The notes below the pieces were generated by a model that worked only from the letters and a program-made list of their open reading frames with translations, did not search any database and was not told the origin of the DNA. A program made the translations under genes and the position numbers. Source: Myxococcota bacterium (GTDB lineage: Bacteria > Myxococcota_A > UBA9160 > UBA4427). Taken from it: a stretch of 64,000 nucleotides of DNA. Position 1 is the first letter of the stretch. Every line of letters begins with the position of its first letter. Positions 28,172 to 37,608 of the stretch are shown in pieces. The stretch spans positions 4,800,001 to 4,864,000 of the forward strand of contig OZ252299.1 of NCBI GenBank assembly GCA_965250285.1, given 5' to 3'.

Positions 28172-28366
28172 TGCTCGACGCGGCGCGCGCGCTCCGGAGC
28201 GCGCGTGGCTGAGCGCGTGGCTGAGCGCGACGACGCACGCCCTTGCGTGACGTCCCGCACACGCCTCATCTCGATTGCGCGAACGAATCGGCCCCCGGTG
28301 CCGCCCGTCACCCAGCATGTCTACGAGACGCCGATGCAGAGAGGGACTCCAGACGGGAGACCTCCC

Positions 28367-28675
28367 ATGCGACTCCTCATCTTCGGCTTCATCGTCGGTC
28401 TCGCGGCCATGCACCACGAGACCCTCCTCGACCACGGAGAGCAGCTGCTCTCGCCCGGTGACTCACCCGAGGTCGTCGCCGCCCTCGAAGTTCGATGCGG
28501 CGGCGCCGTGGGCCTCGATCGCCGTCACTGCGAGGCCGACCTCCGCGAGGCCTTCGAGCGGGGCACCAGCGATGCAGGGACGATCGTGCGACTGCACTGC
28601 ACGCACTTCGACAATCGCTGGAGCGCCGAGCAGCGCAACGACTCGCCGATCTGCCAGTCGCTCAGCGAGAGCTGA
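28367..28675 (+). CDS. Small exported hypothetical protein with four Cys
   Basis: MRLLIFGFIVGLAA leader, 102 aa, GGGAGA RBS, coding-like codon usage. Confidence 0.6.
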   Translation: MRLLIFGFIVGLAAMHHETLLDHGEQLLSPGDSPEVVAALEVRCGGAVGLDRRHCEADLREAFERGTSDAGTIVRLHCTHFDNRWSAEQRNDSPICQSLSES

Positions 28676-28775
28676 GCGCGGGGCGAAGCGAAACGGTTCA
28701 TCCAGAATGGGGAGGTGAAGGTCGGGGTCGGCGTACCCAGTTGGGCGCCGACCCCGGCTCGACCCCTCGCCGGGC

Positions 28776-30086
28776 TCAATTCGAGCTCGGGGCCTCGAAC
28801 GCGTGGGCCAGTTGCTGCGTGATATCCCCCGCCGTCACCGGCCGGGTCTCGTCTTCGGCCGGCGGCGTGCCGCCTGCCGAGATCAGCGTCATGTCGACGT
28901 CGGGGCTCTCGGCGCGCAGCGCCGCGACGGTGCATGCCTCGCGTTTGCGATGCGCGAACGGGTCGAACGCGTAGTCGCGCGCCGCGTTGGCCCACGTCAT
29001 CTTGTGAATTTCGTCTTCGGGCACGCCTTCGAGACTCTTCGCGAGCCGCTCGGGCGCGTTGGGCCACGTCGTATCGGAGTGCGGGTAATCGCACTCCCAG
29101 TTGATCGTGTCGATGCCGACGTCGTGACGCAGCTTGATGCCGATCGCGTCGTCGATGAAGCACGTGAGGATGTGCTCGCGAAACACGTCGCTCGGCTTCT
29201 TCTTGCCGAAACTCTGATTCGTCCACTGGTGGTGGTGCTCATAGACGTAGTCGGCGCGCTCGAGGAAGTACGGGATCCAACCGATCCCCCCCTCGCTGAG
29301 CGCGATCTTGAGGTTCGGGTACTTGCGCAGCACCGGGCTCCAGAGGATGTCGGCGGCGCAGGTGACGATCGAGATCGGCGACACCGTGATCATCACGTCG
29401 ACGGGCGAATCCATCGAGCTGAAGACCATGCCGGCCGAGCTGCCGATGTGGATGCACACGACAGTGCCTTCGTCGTCGCACGCCTGCCAGAACGGGTCCC
29501 AGTGCGGATCGTGGAACGACGGCATGCCGATCTTCGTCGGGTTGTCGGTGAACGAAACCGCGTGGCAGCCCTTCTTCGCCACGCGCCGCACCTCTTCGGC
29601 CATGAGGTTCGGATCCCAGATGGGCGGGATCATCAGCGGGATGAAGCGGCCCGGGTACGTGCCGCACCACTCGTCGATGTGCCAGTCGTTGTAGGCCTGG
29701 CTCATGACGCGGGCGAGCGTCTTGTCCTCGGTCGTGTTCCAGAGCTGGCCGCAGAAGCTCGGAAACGATGGAAAGCAGATCGACGCGAGCACGCCGTTCG
29801 CGTTCATGTCGCGCACGCGCTCGTGGACGTTCCAGCACCCGGGGCGCATCTGGTCGTAGCTCGTGGGCTCGACCCCGTACTGCTCGGGCACCCGGCCCAC
29901 GACCGCGTTGAGGCCGATGTTCGGCAGCTTGCGCCCGTCGAACTCCCAGACGTCGGCGCCGCCGGGCAGCTGCACGACCTTCGGCGCCTTCGCCTTCCAC
30001 TCGGGCGACAGGTGTTGGTCGAACATGTCGGGCGGCTCGACCACGTGATCGTCGACGCTGATCATGATCATGTCTTCGGGGTTCAT
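28776..30086 (-). CDS. Amidohydrolase_2 family metal-dependent hydrolase
   Basis: ISVDDHVVEP, AYNDWHIDEWC, CIHIGS, SEGGIGWIPY, WECDYPHSD; GAGGAG RBS. Confidence 0.93.
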   Translation of the reverse strand: MNPEDMIMISVDDHVVEPPDMFDQHLSPEWKAKAPKVVQLPGGADVWEFDGRKLPNIGLNAVVGRVPEQYGVEPTSYDQMRPGCWNVHERVRDMNANGVLASICFPSFPSFCGQLWNTTEDKTLARVMSQAYNDWHIDEWCGTYPGRFIPLMIPPIWDPNLMAEEVRRVAKKGCHAVSFTDNPTKIGMPSFHDPHWDPFWQACDDEGTVVCIHIGSSAGMVFSSMDSPVDVMITVSPISIVTCAADILWSPVLRKYPNLKIALSEGGIGWIPYFLERADYVYEHHHQWTNQSFGKKKPSDVFREHILTCFIDDAIGIKLRHDVGIDTINWECDYPHSDTTWPNAPERLAKSLEGVPEDEIHKMTWANAARDYAFDPFAHRKREACTVAALRAESPDVDMTLISAGGTPPAEDETRPVTAGDITQQLAHAFEAPSSN

Positions 30087-30178
30087 CGCGGGCTCCTCAG
30101 CCACTTCGAGTCTTCGAGGTTCATCGCAGGCTCCTCGGCCGCGTCATCTCTTCGAGGTGCATCGCGGGCTCCTCCGCC
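30073..30178 (-). repeat. Three imperfect 30-bp direct repeats (period 38), each carrying RBS+ATG
   Basis: Copies at 30073-30102, 30111-30140 and 30149-30178; minus-strand consensus GGCNGAGGAGCCYGCGATGMACCYCGAAGA; unrelated 8-bp spacers. Confidence 0.95.
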
Positions 30179-30362
30179 GCCGGGCCGGGTCGAACATCTG
30201 GGGAGGATTCGGCGCGAGGACGGGGTTCCCGGCGCTTGAGACCGATTCTGACGCCCCGTCAGAAACTCGTCAAGCAGGGGGCGCGGACGCGGGCGTGCCC
30301 GTCCACCGATGCCCCGAGGGGCAAATCTGGAGATCGCAGGGGTGGCGTAGAGCGGGGCGCGT

Positions 30363-30863
30363 TCAGCTCTCGGCGTCGAGGGCCGTCGCGAACATCTCGT
30401 CGACGACCTGCTGCTGCGCGGCGTTCAGCTGCCCGAACTTGCAGCCCATGCCCATCTGGCCGTTCTCGGCGTTGACCCCGGTCGAGGCCACCTCGGCCGG
30501 CAGCTCGACGGTGCCGGCGCCCGGCCCGACGCGAATCAACAGCATGATCTCGGTGCCGACCTCGACCGCATGGTCGGTGGCGATGAAGAGGCCGCCGCGC
30601 GAGATGTTGCGGATCAGCGCGCTGCCGAGATCGCCGTGGTTCGAGTACTCGACGAGCATCCGCGTGGGCAGGCGGAGCGTCTGGCGCCGCTCTCCGCCCG
30701 GCGGGCGCGTGCCCTGCGGAAAGCTCTTTTCGAGCGTCGCGCGCAGCTCGGCCCAGCGCTCGAATTCACCCGGCGTCACTGAATCCTGGGTGCGCTTCTT
30801 CTCGAGCCTCCCGTACTCGCGGACGAGGGGGAGCAGTCGCTGGACGGAGTCAGGGCTCGGCAT
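30363..30863 (-). CDS. PilZ-domain c-di-GMP receptor
   Basis: ERRQTLR (RxxxR) and NISRGG (D/NxSxxG); GMGCKF. Confidence 0.9.
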   Translation of the reverse strand: MPSPDSVQRLLPLVREYGRLEKKRTQDSVTPGEFERWAELRATLEKSFPQGTRPPGGERRQTLRLPTRMLVEYSNHGDLGSALIRNISRGGLFIATDHAVEVGTEIMLLIRVGPGAGTVELPAEVASTGVNAENGQMGMGCKFGQLNAAQQQVVDEMFATALDAES

Positions 30864-31006
30864 GATGCGTGTCTCTTCGGAGAAACAGATCGCCGAATGA
30901 AGAGCGAGCCGGGGCCGCGTCGGTGCGAAGACGCGTCGGCCGGGGCGCCTTGCGCCGATTCGGACGGGCCCGGCCGAGGGGCCGCCGCGTAGCTAGTCTG
31001 TCCGGC

Positions 31007-31849
31007 ATGCCCGCTGCTTTTCCGCTCGAGTTCGAACCCGATCACCGCGCCCCCGACGCGGTGCCCGAAACGCCCCTCCTCTTCGCCTTTCGCGGGCGCG
31101 AGATCCTGCTCGACGAGCAGGGTCAGCTGCCGAGCGTGCAGCAGATCGATTCGAACGGGATCGAGGCCGTGCGCACGCAGTACCTGGGCCGGCTGGGCGA
31201 GACCCACTGCTACTCGGCCGAGCTCGACGACGGCGAGGCCGAGCCCGCAGGCTTCGCGTTTCGCGACCTGCGCATGGCATTCGGCTCCCTCGCCCCCGAC
31301 GTCCACGCCGTGGCCTCTCGAGCGGTCCAGATCGTCGACTGGGATCGCTCACACCAGTTCTGCGGACGCTGCGGGAGCCAGACCGAGCTCGCCGAGAGCG
31401 ACCGCTCGCGGCACTGCCCCGGCTGCAAGATCCCTTACTACCCGAAGCTCGCCCCGGCGATGATCGTCCGCGTGCTGAAGGGCGACGAGATTCTGCTCGC
31501 GCGTGCGAACAACTTTCCGCCGGGCATCTACAGCGTGCTCGCCGGCTTCGTCGAGCCGGGCGAGAGCGTCGAAGAGGCCGTCGTCCGCGAAGTCTGGGAA
31601 GAGACGCGGATCGTCGTCGACAACGTCCGCTACTACTCGAGTCAGCCCTGGCCGTATCCGAACTCGCTGATGCTCGGCTTCACGGCCGAGTACAAGGACG
31701 GCGAGATCGACACGAGCCACGATGCCGAGGTCGAAGACGCGGGCTGGTTCCGAGCCGAAGAGCTGCCCGGCGTCTTCCCGGGCCGGATCAGCATCTCGCA
31801 GTGGCTGCTCTACGACTGGGTCGACGAGCAGAAGGGCAGCGCTGGCTGA
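31007..31849 (+). CDS. nudC: NAD(+)/NADH diphosphatase (Nudix)
   Basis: FCGRCG/HCPGC zinc ribbon, AGFVEPGESVEEAVVREVWEET Nudix box, SQPWPYPNSLM. Confidence 0.93.
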   Translation: MPAAFPLEFEPDHRAPDAVPETPLLFAFRGREILLDEQGQLPSVQQIDSNGIEAVRTQYLGRLGETHCYSAELDDGEAEPAGFAFRDLRMAFGSLAPDVHAVASRAVQIVDWDRSHQFCGRCGSQTELAESDRSRHCPGCKIPYYPKLAPAMIVRVLKGDEILLARANNFPPGIYSVLAGFVEPGESVEEAVVREVWEETRIVVDNVRYYSSQPWPYPNSLMLGFTAEYKDGEIDTSHDAEVEDAGWFRAEELPGVFPGRISISQWLLYDWVDEQKGSAG

Positions 31850-34056
31850 CGCGCATCAATCGCGGCGTCCGCGCGGCTGCGCTCGCGGCGCCCCCGCGCG
31901 AGGGCACCCAGCAGCGGCAGCCCGGCCCCCCACATCGCGAGCCAACCCGGCTCGGGCACGGGCAGACAGGGCGCCGGCGGCGCGGGCGGCGTCGGCTCGG
32001 GCGGTGCGCTCGCCGCATCGTCGTACCAGTGCAGGCGACCCCGATACCGGCCGTGCGCTGCATCCTGCGCCGCGAAATAGATCATGCCGTCGGGGCCCTG
32101 GGCCTTCGGGATCAGTCGCGTCTGTGCGCCGGCCGACAGACCGAACTCCGATCGCACGATGGCGATCTCCTGCACGAGCGGCGCACCGCCGACACCCTCC
32201 TTGATGCCGATCAGCCGCGCCTCGTAGTCGCGAATCAGCGCGGTCGTCGTGTCCATCGAGAACAGCGAGACGGCGTCGCCCTGCTCGCTCGTCACGTCGC
32301 CCTGGTACCAGTGGTCGCCGTTGTCGACGAGCGCCACCTCTTCGCGGTAGTCGTACGCGACATCGTCGAGGGGCCGCACGCGATGATCGGCATCGAGCGG
32401 CGTCGTCGAAGCATCCTCGACGAACGTCTCGCCGACCCCGACCGGGAACCGGCTCGCGTTGCTCTCTTGCGTGACGTAGTACTCGACGCCGGTCTGGGTC
32501 TCGCCCGTCGAGAGCTCGGGCGTGATCGACGGCCAGCTGCCGTCCGGGTTCATCTGCGCGCGCGCGATGCGCCAGACCGACTGGGGCGCGCTCGTGTCCA
32601 TCCCCCAGTAGACGTAGTCGGGGGTGAACCAGATCGCGAGCGTGCGCCAATCCTGCCGACCGAGCCCGATCAGCGAGAAGGTGTCCCCGAAGTCGGTCGA
32701 GTGCAGAATGCGCGAATGGAGATCGTCGTCGCCGGTGCCGACGTAGAGGTCGCCGTTCTCGGGATCGACGATGACGACATGGACGTGACGGACCGCGCCG
32801 AGCACGCCGGGGTCGTTCAACCAGGCATCGAGCGAATCGAAATCGAGCAGTGTCTCCCAGGTCGCTGCGCCGCCGTTCGGATACGTCCCGCGGTAGACCT
32901 TGTGGCGATTGGTCGGCACCAGGGCGGAGTACTCGCCCGCGAACACGTAGCCGGTCTGCGTCGACGCATCCCAGTAGGTGTCGAACATGTGGCGCAGCGC
33001 CTGCTTGTCCATCTGGAATGCCAGCGACCAGTTCGTCAGGTCGGTCGCGCGGTAGATGTCGGCGCCTACGATGAGAAAGTTGCCGAAGGGCGTCTGCGTG
33101 ATCCGCGAGAGGTCGTTCGGTGGCACAGGCGTGCTACCGACGACGACCGCATCTTCGAGGCCCGCCGTCGACTCGTAGAGCACGGTGCCGACACTGAAGA
33201 GGATCCGCGAGCCATCCCCCGCCAGGATGTTCTGCGCCAGCGACTGAGGCGCCAGGTCGATCCACGACACGTTCGACGCCCAGCCGACGACGGTGACGTC
33301 GAGCGACTGCGAGTACGACCCGCCCGCGAGCGTCGCCGTAATCTCGGCCTGACCGTCGGGGGCGAGGAAGTCGCTCGTGGCCGTGATCACGCCACTCGAG
33401 CTCACCGTGACGTTCGGATTGTTCGACGACCAGTCGACTTCGACATCGGGCCAGACCCGCAGCTGCAGCGACTGCCCGGCGGTCAGAGAGACGCGCTCGT
33501 CGAGAAACACGAACGGCACCGTGTAGAAGAACGCATTGTCCAAGCCCGGCGTCGGGTCATCGTAGTAGTGGAACGAGCCGTCGGCGGTCTCCTGACAGCG
33601 ACCGAGCGAGTGATCGACCGGGATCCGGCGCCCGACGAACGCGTCGGCGAGCGCGCTGCTCGTGTCGAAGAGGTAGAAGTCGATGCCGCGATCGGGCGTG
33701 AAGTCGGCGTGCAGCGGCGAGCCGGCGACCGCGCGGTCCTTGCCCGAGAGCCAGACGACCACCGACTCGCCCGGCGACACGGTGACGTCGGGCAGCTCGA
33801 AGCGGTCGGGGTCGGTCGGACTCCACGACAGCGACCACCCGAGCAAGCTCGCCGTCACGGCGCTGTCGTTGCGGATCTCGATCCAGGGCTGTCGCGAGCC
33901 ATCTTCGTCGAGGTACTCGGCGCCGAACAGCCGATCGTTTCGGCGCAACACCTCGTTGATGACGAAGCCTTCGGCCGCAGCCGGCCAGGCATGCACCCAC
34001 CCGGCCAGCAAGACCAGAACGATTGCGCAACACCGGGCGCGGGGGGGCCAAGTCAT
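31810..34056 (-). CDS. Secreted PEP-CTERM protein with lamin-tail, Ig-like and beta-propeller-like regions
   Basis: Signal peptide, FVINEV..WIEIRN, WSSNNPNV, Asp-box STDFGDTF, RHVHVV..DP, C-terminal VPEPGWLAMW..TM..RGRRER. Confidence 0.8.
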   Translation of the reverse strand: MTWPPRARCCAIVLVLLAGWVHAWPAAAEGFVINEVLRRNDRLFGAEYLDEDGSRQPWIEIRNDSAVTASLLGWSLSWSPTDPDRFELPDVTVSPGESVVVWLSGKDRAVAGSPLHADFTPDRGIDFYLFDTSSALADAFVGRRIPVDHSLGRCQETADGSFHYYDDPTPGLDNAFFYTVPFVFLDERVSLTAGQSLQLRVWPDVEVDWSSNNPNVTVSSSGVITATSDFLAPDGQAEITATLAGGSYSQSLDVTVVGWASNVSWIDLAPQSLAQNILAGDGSRILFSVGTVLYESTAGLEDAVVVGSTPVPPNDLSRITQTPFGNFLIVGADIYRATDLTNWSLAFQMDKQALRHMFDTYWDASTQTGYVFAGEYSALVPTNRHKVYRGTYPNGGAATWETLLDFDSLDAWLNDPGVLGAVRHVHVVIVDPENGDLYVGTGDDDLHSRILHSTDFGDTFSLIGLGRQDWRTLAIWFTPDYVYWGMDTSAPQSVWRIARAQMNPDGSWPSITPELSTGETQTGVEYYVTQESNASRFPVGVGETFVEDASTTPLDADHRVRPLDDVAYDYREEVALVDNGDHWYQGDVTSEQGDAVSLFSMDTTTALIRDYEARLIGIKEGVGGAPLVQEIAIVRSEFGLSAGAQTRLIPKAQGPDGMIYFAAQDAAHGRYRGRLHWYDDAASAPPEPTPPAPPAPCLPVPEPGWLAMWGAGLPLLGALARGRRERSRADAAIDARQPALPFCSSTQS

Positions 34057-34377
34057 CTCGGGTGATCCAACGACGAGCGGGCGATCGGCGTTCGATCTCA
34101 GCCGGATGCCGGCCCGACTTGTCCGAGCTGGCGAGAGACCGCGCGCCGGGCGCAGGCTCCGCCTTTCATGCGGCGCGGAGCCTCTTGATTGTACCTGCGC
34201 GGGCCTGCCGGGTGTCGATCGAAGCGTCGCTGACGCGCTCGTACAGCATCCCGGAAGACTTCCGACGACTCTGGGACGCGACGATGCGCAACTCGCGCCG
34301 GCGAGACGATGACACCGACGAGAGACGCGCCTCGAACGATCGATCGAATCGGGTGCGCGGGGCGCCCGCGTGGCGCC

Positions 34378-35226
34378 CTAGGGCAGACCCGCCCGCGCGG
34401 TCTCGACCCGAACCGTCTCGATGCAGCCGTCTCGGGCGGAGGTCTTCGCGGGGTCGGAGTCGCCGGCGGTGCAGATGAAGAGTGTGCGGCCATCGGCGCC
34501 GCCGAGCATGCACGCGAACGCCTGCTTCTCGATCGCGACCCGATGGGTCACCTCGCCGCCTTCGAGCACGCGCAGACACTCATGGCTCACGGGCGACGCG
34601 ACCCAGATGCCGCCCTCTTCGTCGAGACAGATGCCGTCGGGGACGGCGCCTTCGAGCGGTGCCCAGACCCGGCGATTCGAGAGCGAGCCATCCGACGCGA
34701 CATCGAAGGCCGTGAGTCGGGCGCCGAAGCTCTCGCCGACGACGAGCGTTGCCCCATCCGGCGTGATGACCGTGCCGTTCGGGAACATCAGGTCGGGTGC
34801 CGCGACCCGCACCGAGTCGTCGGTATCGACCAGGATCATGTTGGCCGACACGGGCTTGCCGCCCCCGTGCAGGTCCCAACCGAAGTTGCCGACATAAGCG
34901 CGACCCGCGGCGTCGACCACCATGTCGTTGCAGTGGAACGTCGCATACGGCGAGAGGTCGGCGACCTCGCGCAGCGAACCGTCGTCGCCCAGCGCAACGA
35001 GCTTGCGATCCTGCATCGACACGATGAGCAGCGTGCCGTCGGGCCGCCAGCCGAGACCCGAAGGCTCGTGCGGCACCCGCACGATCTCTTCGCTCTTGCC
35101 GTCTTCGTCGACCGCGAGCACGACGCCGGCGTGCATGTCCGAGAACCAGAGCCGGCCGTCATGCCAGCGCGGCCCCTCGCCGAAGCACAGCCCTTCGAGC
35201 AGAACCTCGGTCGTGAGCGCGCTCAT
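34378..35226 (-). CDS. SMP-30/gluconolactonase family protein
   Basis: FGEGPRW, CNDMVVD, FPNG, PDGICLD; ATGA overlap with the upstream gene. Confidence 0.92.
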   Translation of the reverse strand: MSALTTEVLLEGLCFGEGPRWHDGRLWFSDMHAGVVLAVDEDGKSEEIVRVPHEPSGLGWRPDGTLLIVSMQDRKLVALGDDGSLREVADLSPYATFHCNDMVVDAAGRAYVGNFGWDLHGGGKPVSANMILVDTDDSVRVAAPDLMFPNGTVITPDGATLVVGESFGARLTAFDVASDGSLSNRRVWAPLEGAVPDGICLDEEGGIWVASPVSHECLRVLEGGEVTHRVAIEKQAFACMLGGADGRTLFICTAGDSDPAKTSARDGCIETVRVETARAGLP

Positions 35227-35714
35227 GCGCCCGCGGCCGCAGCGACCTTCGCGAACGCGTCGATCACCTCGCTCGGTGCCTGCACGAGCTCGACGAGCAC
35301 GCCTTCGCTGCCGATGGGCGCATCGTCGTTGCCCTTCGGATGGATGAAGGTCACGTCGTAGCCGGCCGCGCCCGCGCGAATGCCACCGGGGGTGAAGCGC
35401 ACGCCCTGCCCCTCGAGCCACTCGACGGCGGCCTTCAGATCGTCGACCCAGAGCCCCACATGGTTGAGCGCCGGGTCGTGCACCTTCGGCTTCTTGTCGG
35501 CGTCGATCGGCTGCATCAGGTCGACCTCGACCGCGAAGGGGCCGTGGCCCGCCTCGCAGATGTCCTCGTCGACGTTCTCCTTCTCGGCCTTGTACGTGCT
35601 CTTGTAGGTCAGACCCATGATGTCGACCCAGAAGTGCTTGAGCTTCTGCTTGTCGAGACCGCCGACGGCGATCTGCTGAATGCCGAGGACCTTGAAGGGA
35701 CGTTCCGTGGACAT
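35223..35714 (-). CDS. VOC family protein (glyoxalase/methylmalonyl-CoA epimerase-like)
   Basis: [39 protein letters not shown]. Confidence 0.9.
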   Translation of the reverse strand: MSTERPFKVLGIQQIAVGGLDKQKLKHFWVDIMGLTYKSTYKAEKENVDEDICEAGHGPFAVEVDLMQPIDADKKPKVHDPALNHVGLWVDDLKAAVEWLEGQGVRFTPGGIRAGAAGYDVTFIHPKGNDDAPIGSEGVLVELVQAPSEVIDAFAKVAAAAGA

Positions 35715-35816
35715 GGGGTTCTCCTGGATGGGGACGGGGCGTCGAGTCTAGCCGAGCACGGCGACGCGCCGCCGCGCTCGGTCGTGCGACGCTGGGCCGC
35801 GCGCGTTCGTGCGACG

Positions 35817-36422
35817 CTAGGCCGCGCCTTCGAAGCCGCGTGCGAGCAGGTACTTTTCGGTCGAGCCCTTGCGCGTGCTCTTGCACTTGATGGTCTTGGC
35901 CTTGTCGAAGCGCTGGCCGAGCCGCTTCACGGCAGCCTGGGCTTCGGGCCCGTCGAGGATCTTGATCAACAGATCGCCCCCCGCGCGCAGCAGCCGCGGC
36001 AGCTGCCACTCGATCGCCTCGAGCAGGCGCTCCTCCATCGCGCGGTCGCGCTCGCGTACGCCCGTCAGCTTCGGTGCGGCATCGGAGAGCACGACGTCCG
36101 CCGCCCCTTCGAGCAGCTCGACGAGCCGGTCGGTCGTGGCCGCATCTTCGAGATCGCCGACGAAGGCCTCGACGTTCGACTCGGCGAACGGCGCCTCGAG
36201 CTCGGCGAGATCGACGCCGACGACACGCCCGCTCCCCCCGACGATGCTCGACGCGTACTGCATCCAGCCCCCCGGCCAGCAGCCCAGGTCGGCGACCTTC
36301 TGCCCCTGGGCGAGCACGCGATGCGCCTTCTGCATCTCGTCGAGCTTGTAGTACGCGCGAGAGCGGGTCCCTTCGCTCTTCGCCTTCTGATGAAAATGAT
36401 CCTTGCGCTCGTACCGTGCCAA
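35817..36422 (-). CDS. rlmE: 23S rRNA 2'-O-methyltransferase RlmE/FtsJ
   Basis: RSRAYYKL, DLGCWPGGW, LSDAAP, K-D-K-E tetrad; TTG start after GGAGG. Confidence 0.92.
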   Translation of the reverse strand: MARYERKDHFHQKAKSEGTRSRAYYKLDEMQKAHRVLAQGQKVADLGCWPGGWMQYASSIVGGSGRVVGVDLAELEAPFAESNVEAFVGDLEDAATTDRLVELLEGAADVVLSDAAPKLTGVRERDRAMEERLLEAIEWQLPRLLRAGGDLLIKILDGPEAQAAVKRLGQRFDKAKTIKCKSTRKGSTEKYLLARGFEGAA

Positions 36423-36534
36423 AGCGCGCACCTCCGGCGATCCGCCGCCTCGAACGCACAGCGCCGTCCGCCGGGGTCGACGGACGGCGCCTCGATTCGG
36501 TTCGACCTCTGCGCCCTCGGGCGCGGGGAACGGA

Positions 36535-37182
36535 TCAGTGACCGGTGCCGACCGCCTTGCGGACGCTCACGATGCCGTTGTTGTGACCCGGTACGGCGCC
36601 GCGGACGAAGATCAGATTGCGCTCGGCATCGAGCTTCACGACCTCGAGGTTCTTCGTCGTGACTCGAACGTTGCCCATCTGACCCGCATGCTTCTGCCCC
36701 TTGATGACTCGGCCGGGGTTGGCGCCCGCACCGATCGAGCCCGGGTGCCGGAAGTACTCGTGCGTACCGTGCGACCGCTTCTTGATCGCGAAGCCATGGC
36801 GCTTGACGACGCCCTGGAAGCCACGGCCCTTCGAAGTGCCGATCACGTCGACGCGCTCACCCTCTTCGAACTGGTCGAGGCCCAGCTCCTGGCCGACCTC
36901 GAGCTCGGCGATTTGCTCGGCCGAGAGCCGGCTCTCCTTCAGGTGTCGCTTCGGCGAGACGCCGGCCTTCGCGAAGTGACCCTGCATGGGCTTGGTCACG
37001 AGCTTCTCGCGCTTGTCGCCGGTGCCGAGCTGAATGGCGTCGTAGCCGTCGGCGCCGTCGCTGGTCTTCTTCTGGACGATCACGTTCTGGTCGAGCACCA
37101 GGACGGTGCAGGGGACGGCCTCGCCGTTCTCGGCATAGACCTGCGTCATGCCGAGCTTTCGGCACATCAGTTCGATGGACAC
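36535..37182 (-). CDS. rplC: 50S ribosomal protein L3
   Basis: KLGMTQ, DGYDAIQLG, VDVIGTSKGRGFQGVVKRHGF, SHG, PGSIG..PGRV, GAVPG; GTG start after GGGAG. Confidence 0.97.
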   Translation of the reverse strand: MSIELMCRKLGMTQVYAENGEAVPCTVLVLDQNVIVQKKTSDGADGYDAIQLGTGDKREKLVTKPMQGHFAKAGVSPKRHLKESRLSAEQIAELEVGQELGLDQFEEGERVDVIGTSKGRGFQGVVKRHGFAIKKRSHGTHEYFRHPGSIGAGANPGRVIKGQKHAGQMGNVRVTTKNLEVVKLDAERNLIFVRGAVPGHNNGIVSVRKAVGTGH

Positions 37183-37486
37183 GGGTGGATCTCCCGGCTC
37201 CGGATTGGAACGCGCATGCGTTCGTCGCGGGCCAAAGGGTTGGCTGACCGGGTGCGATGCCCGGCCTCTCTTCCTCGCCCGGCGCGACGGCGGCGGCCCG
37301 AAGCGCTCGGGATGCGGCAGACGGCGGCGGGGCGGGTCTCGGGCGGGGCGCCAGCGGCGCTTCGGGTGCCCGAGGGCCGCGCAATATAGGAGGGCCCCGG
37401 AGCGATGTCGATGGTCGCGGGAAGCGCGATACCCGGCGGCGCGGCGGATCGCGATTCCCTGCGGGGCATTCATCGTGGGTTCTGTG

Positions 37487-37530
37487 CAAGCGCTTGATAT
37501 CGAAACGATATCGCGCCGACCGGATATACT
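37487..37530. promoter_or_regulatory. AT-richer divergent promoter region with palindromes
   Basis: CAAGCGCTTG (37487-37496), GATATCG-AAA-CGATATC (37496-37512), TATACT -10-like box (37525-37530). Confidence 0.4.
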
Positions 37531-37608
37531 CGCGCTCCACCCCGCGTCGTGCCGGCCGAGCTCGCCCGCTCACGCTGGCGCGACACGCCCGAGCGAGACC
37601 CCACCCCC

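Noticed and set aside
28186..28228. 20-bp palindrome and a 12-bp tandem repeat
   Set aside because: Low-complexity CG sequence; plausible by chance at this GC content
30073..30178. Mini CRISPR array
   Set aside because: Spacers are only 8 nt, the repeat includes the gene's own RBS and start, and no cas genes are present
34057..34377. c-di-GMP riboswitch upstream of the PEP-CTERM gene
   Set aside because: There is one AGGCTCCGC/GCGGAGCCT stem, but I could not find the GEMM consensus in the right orientation
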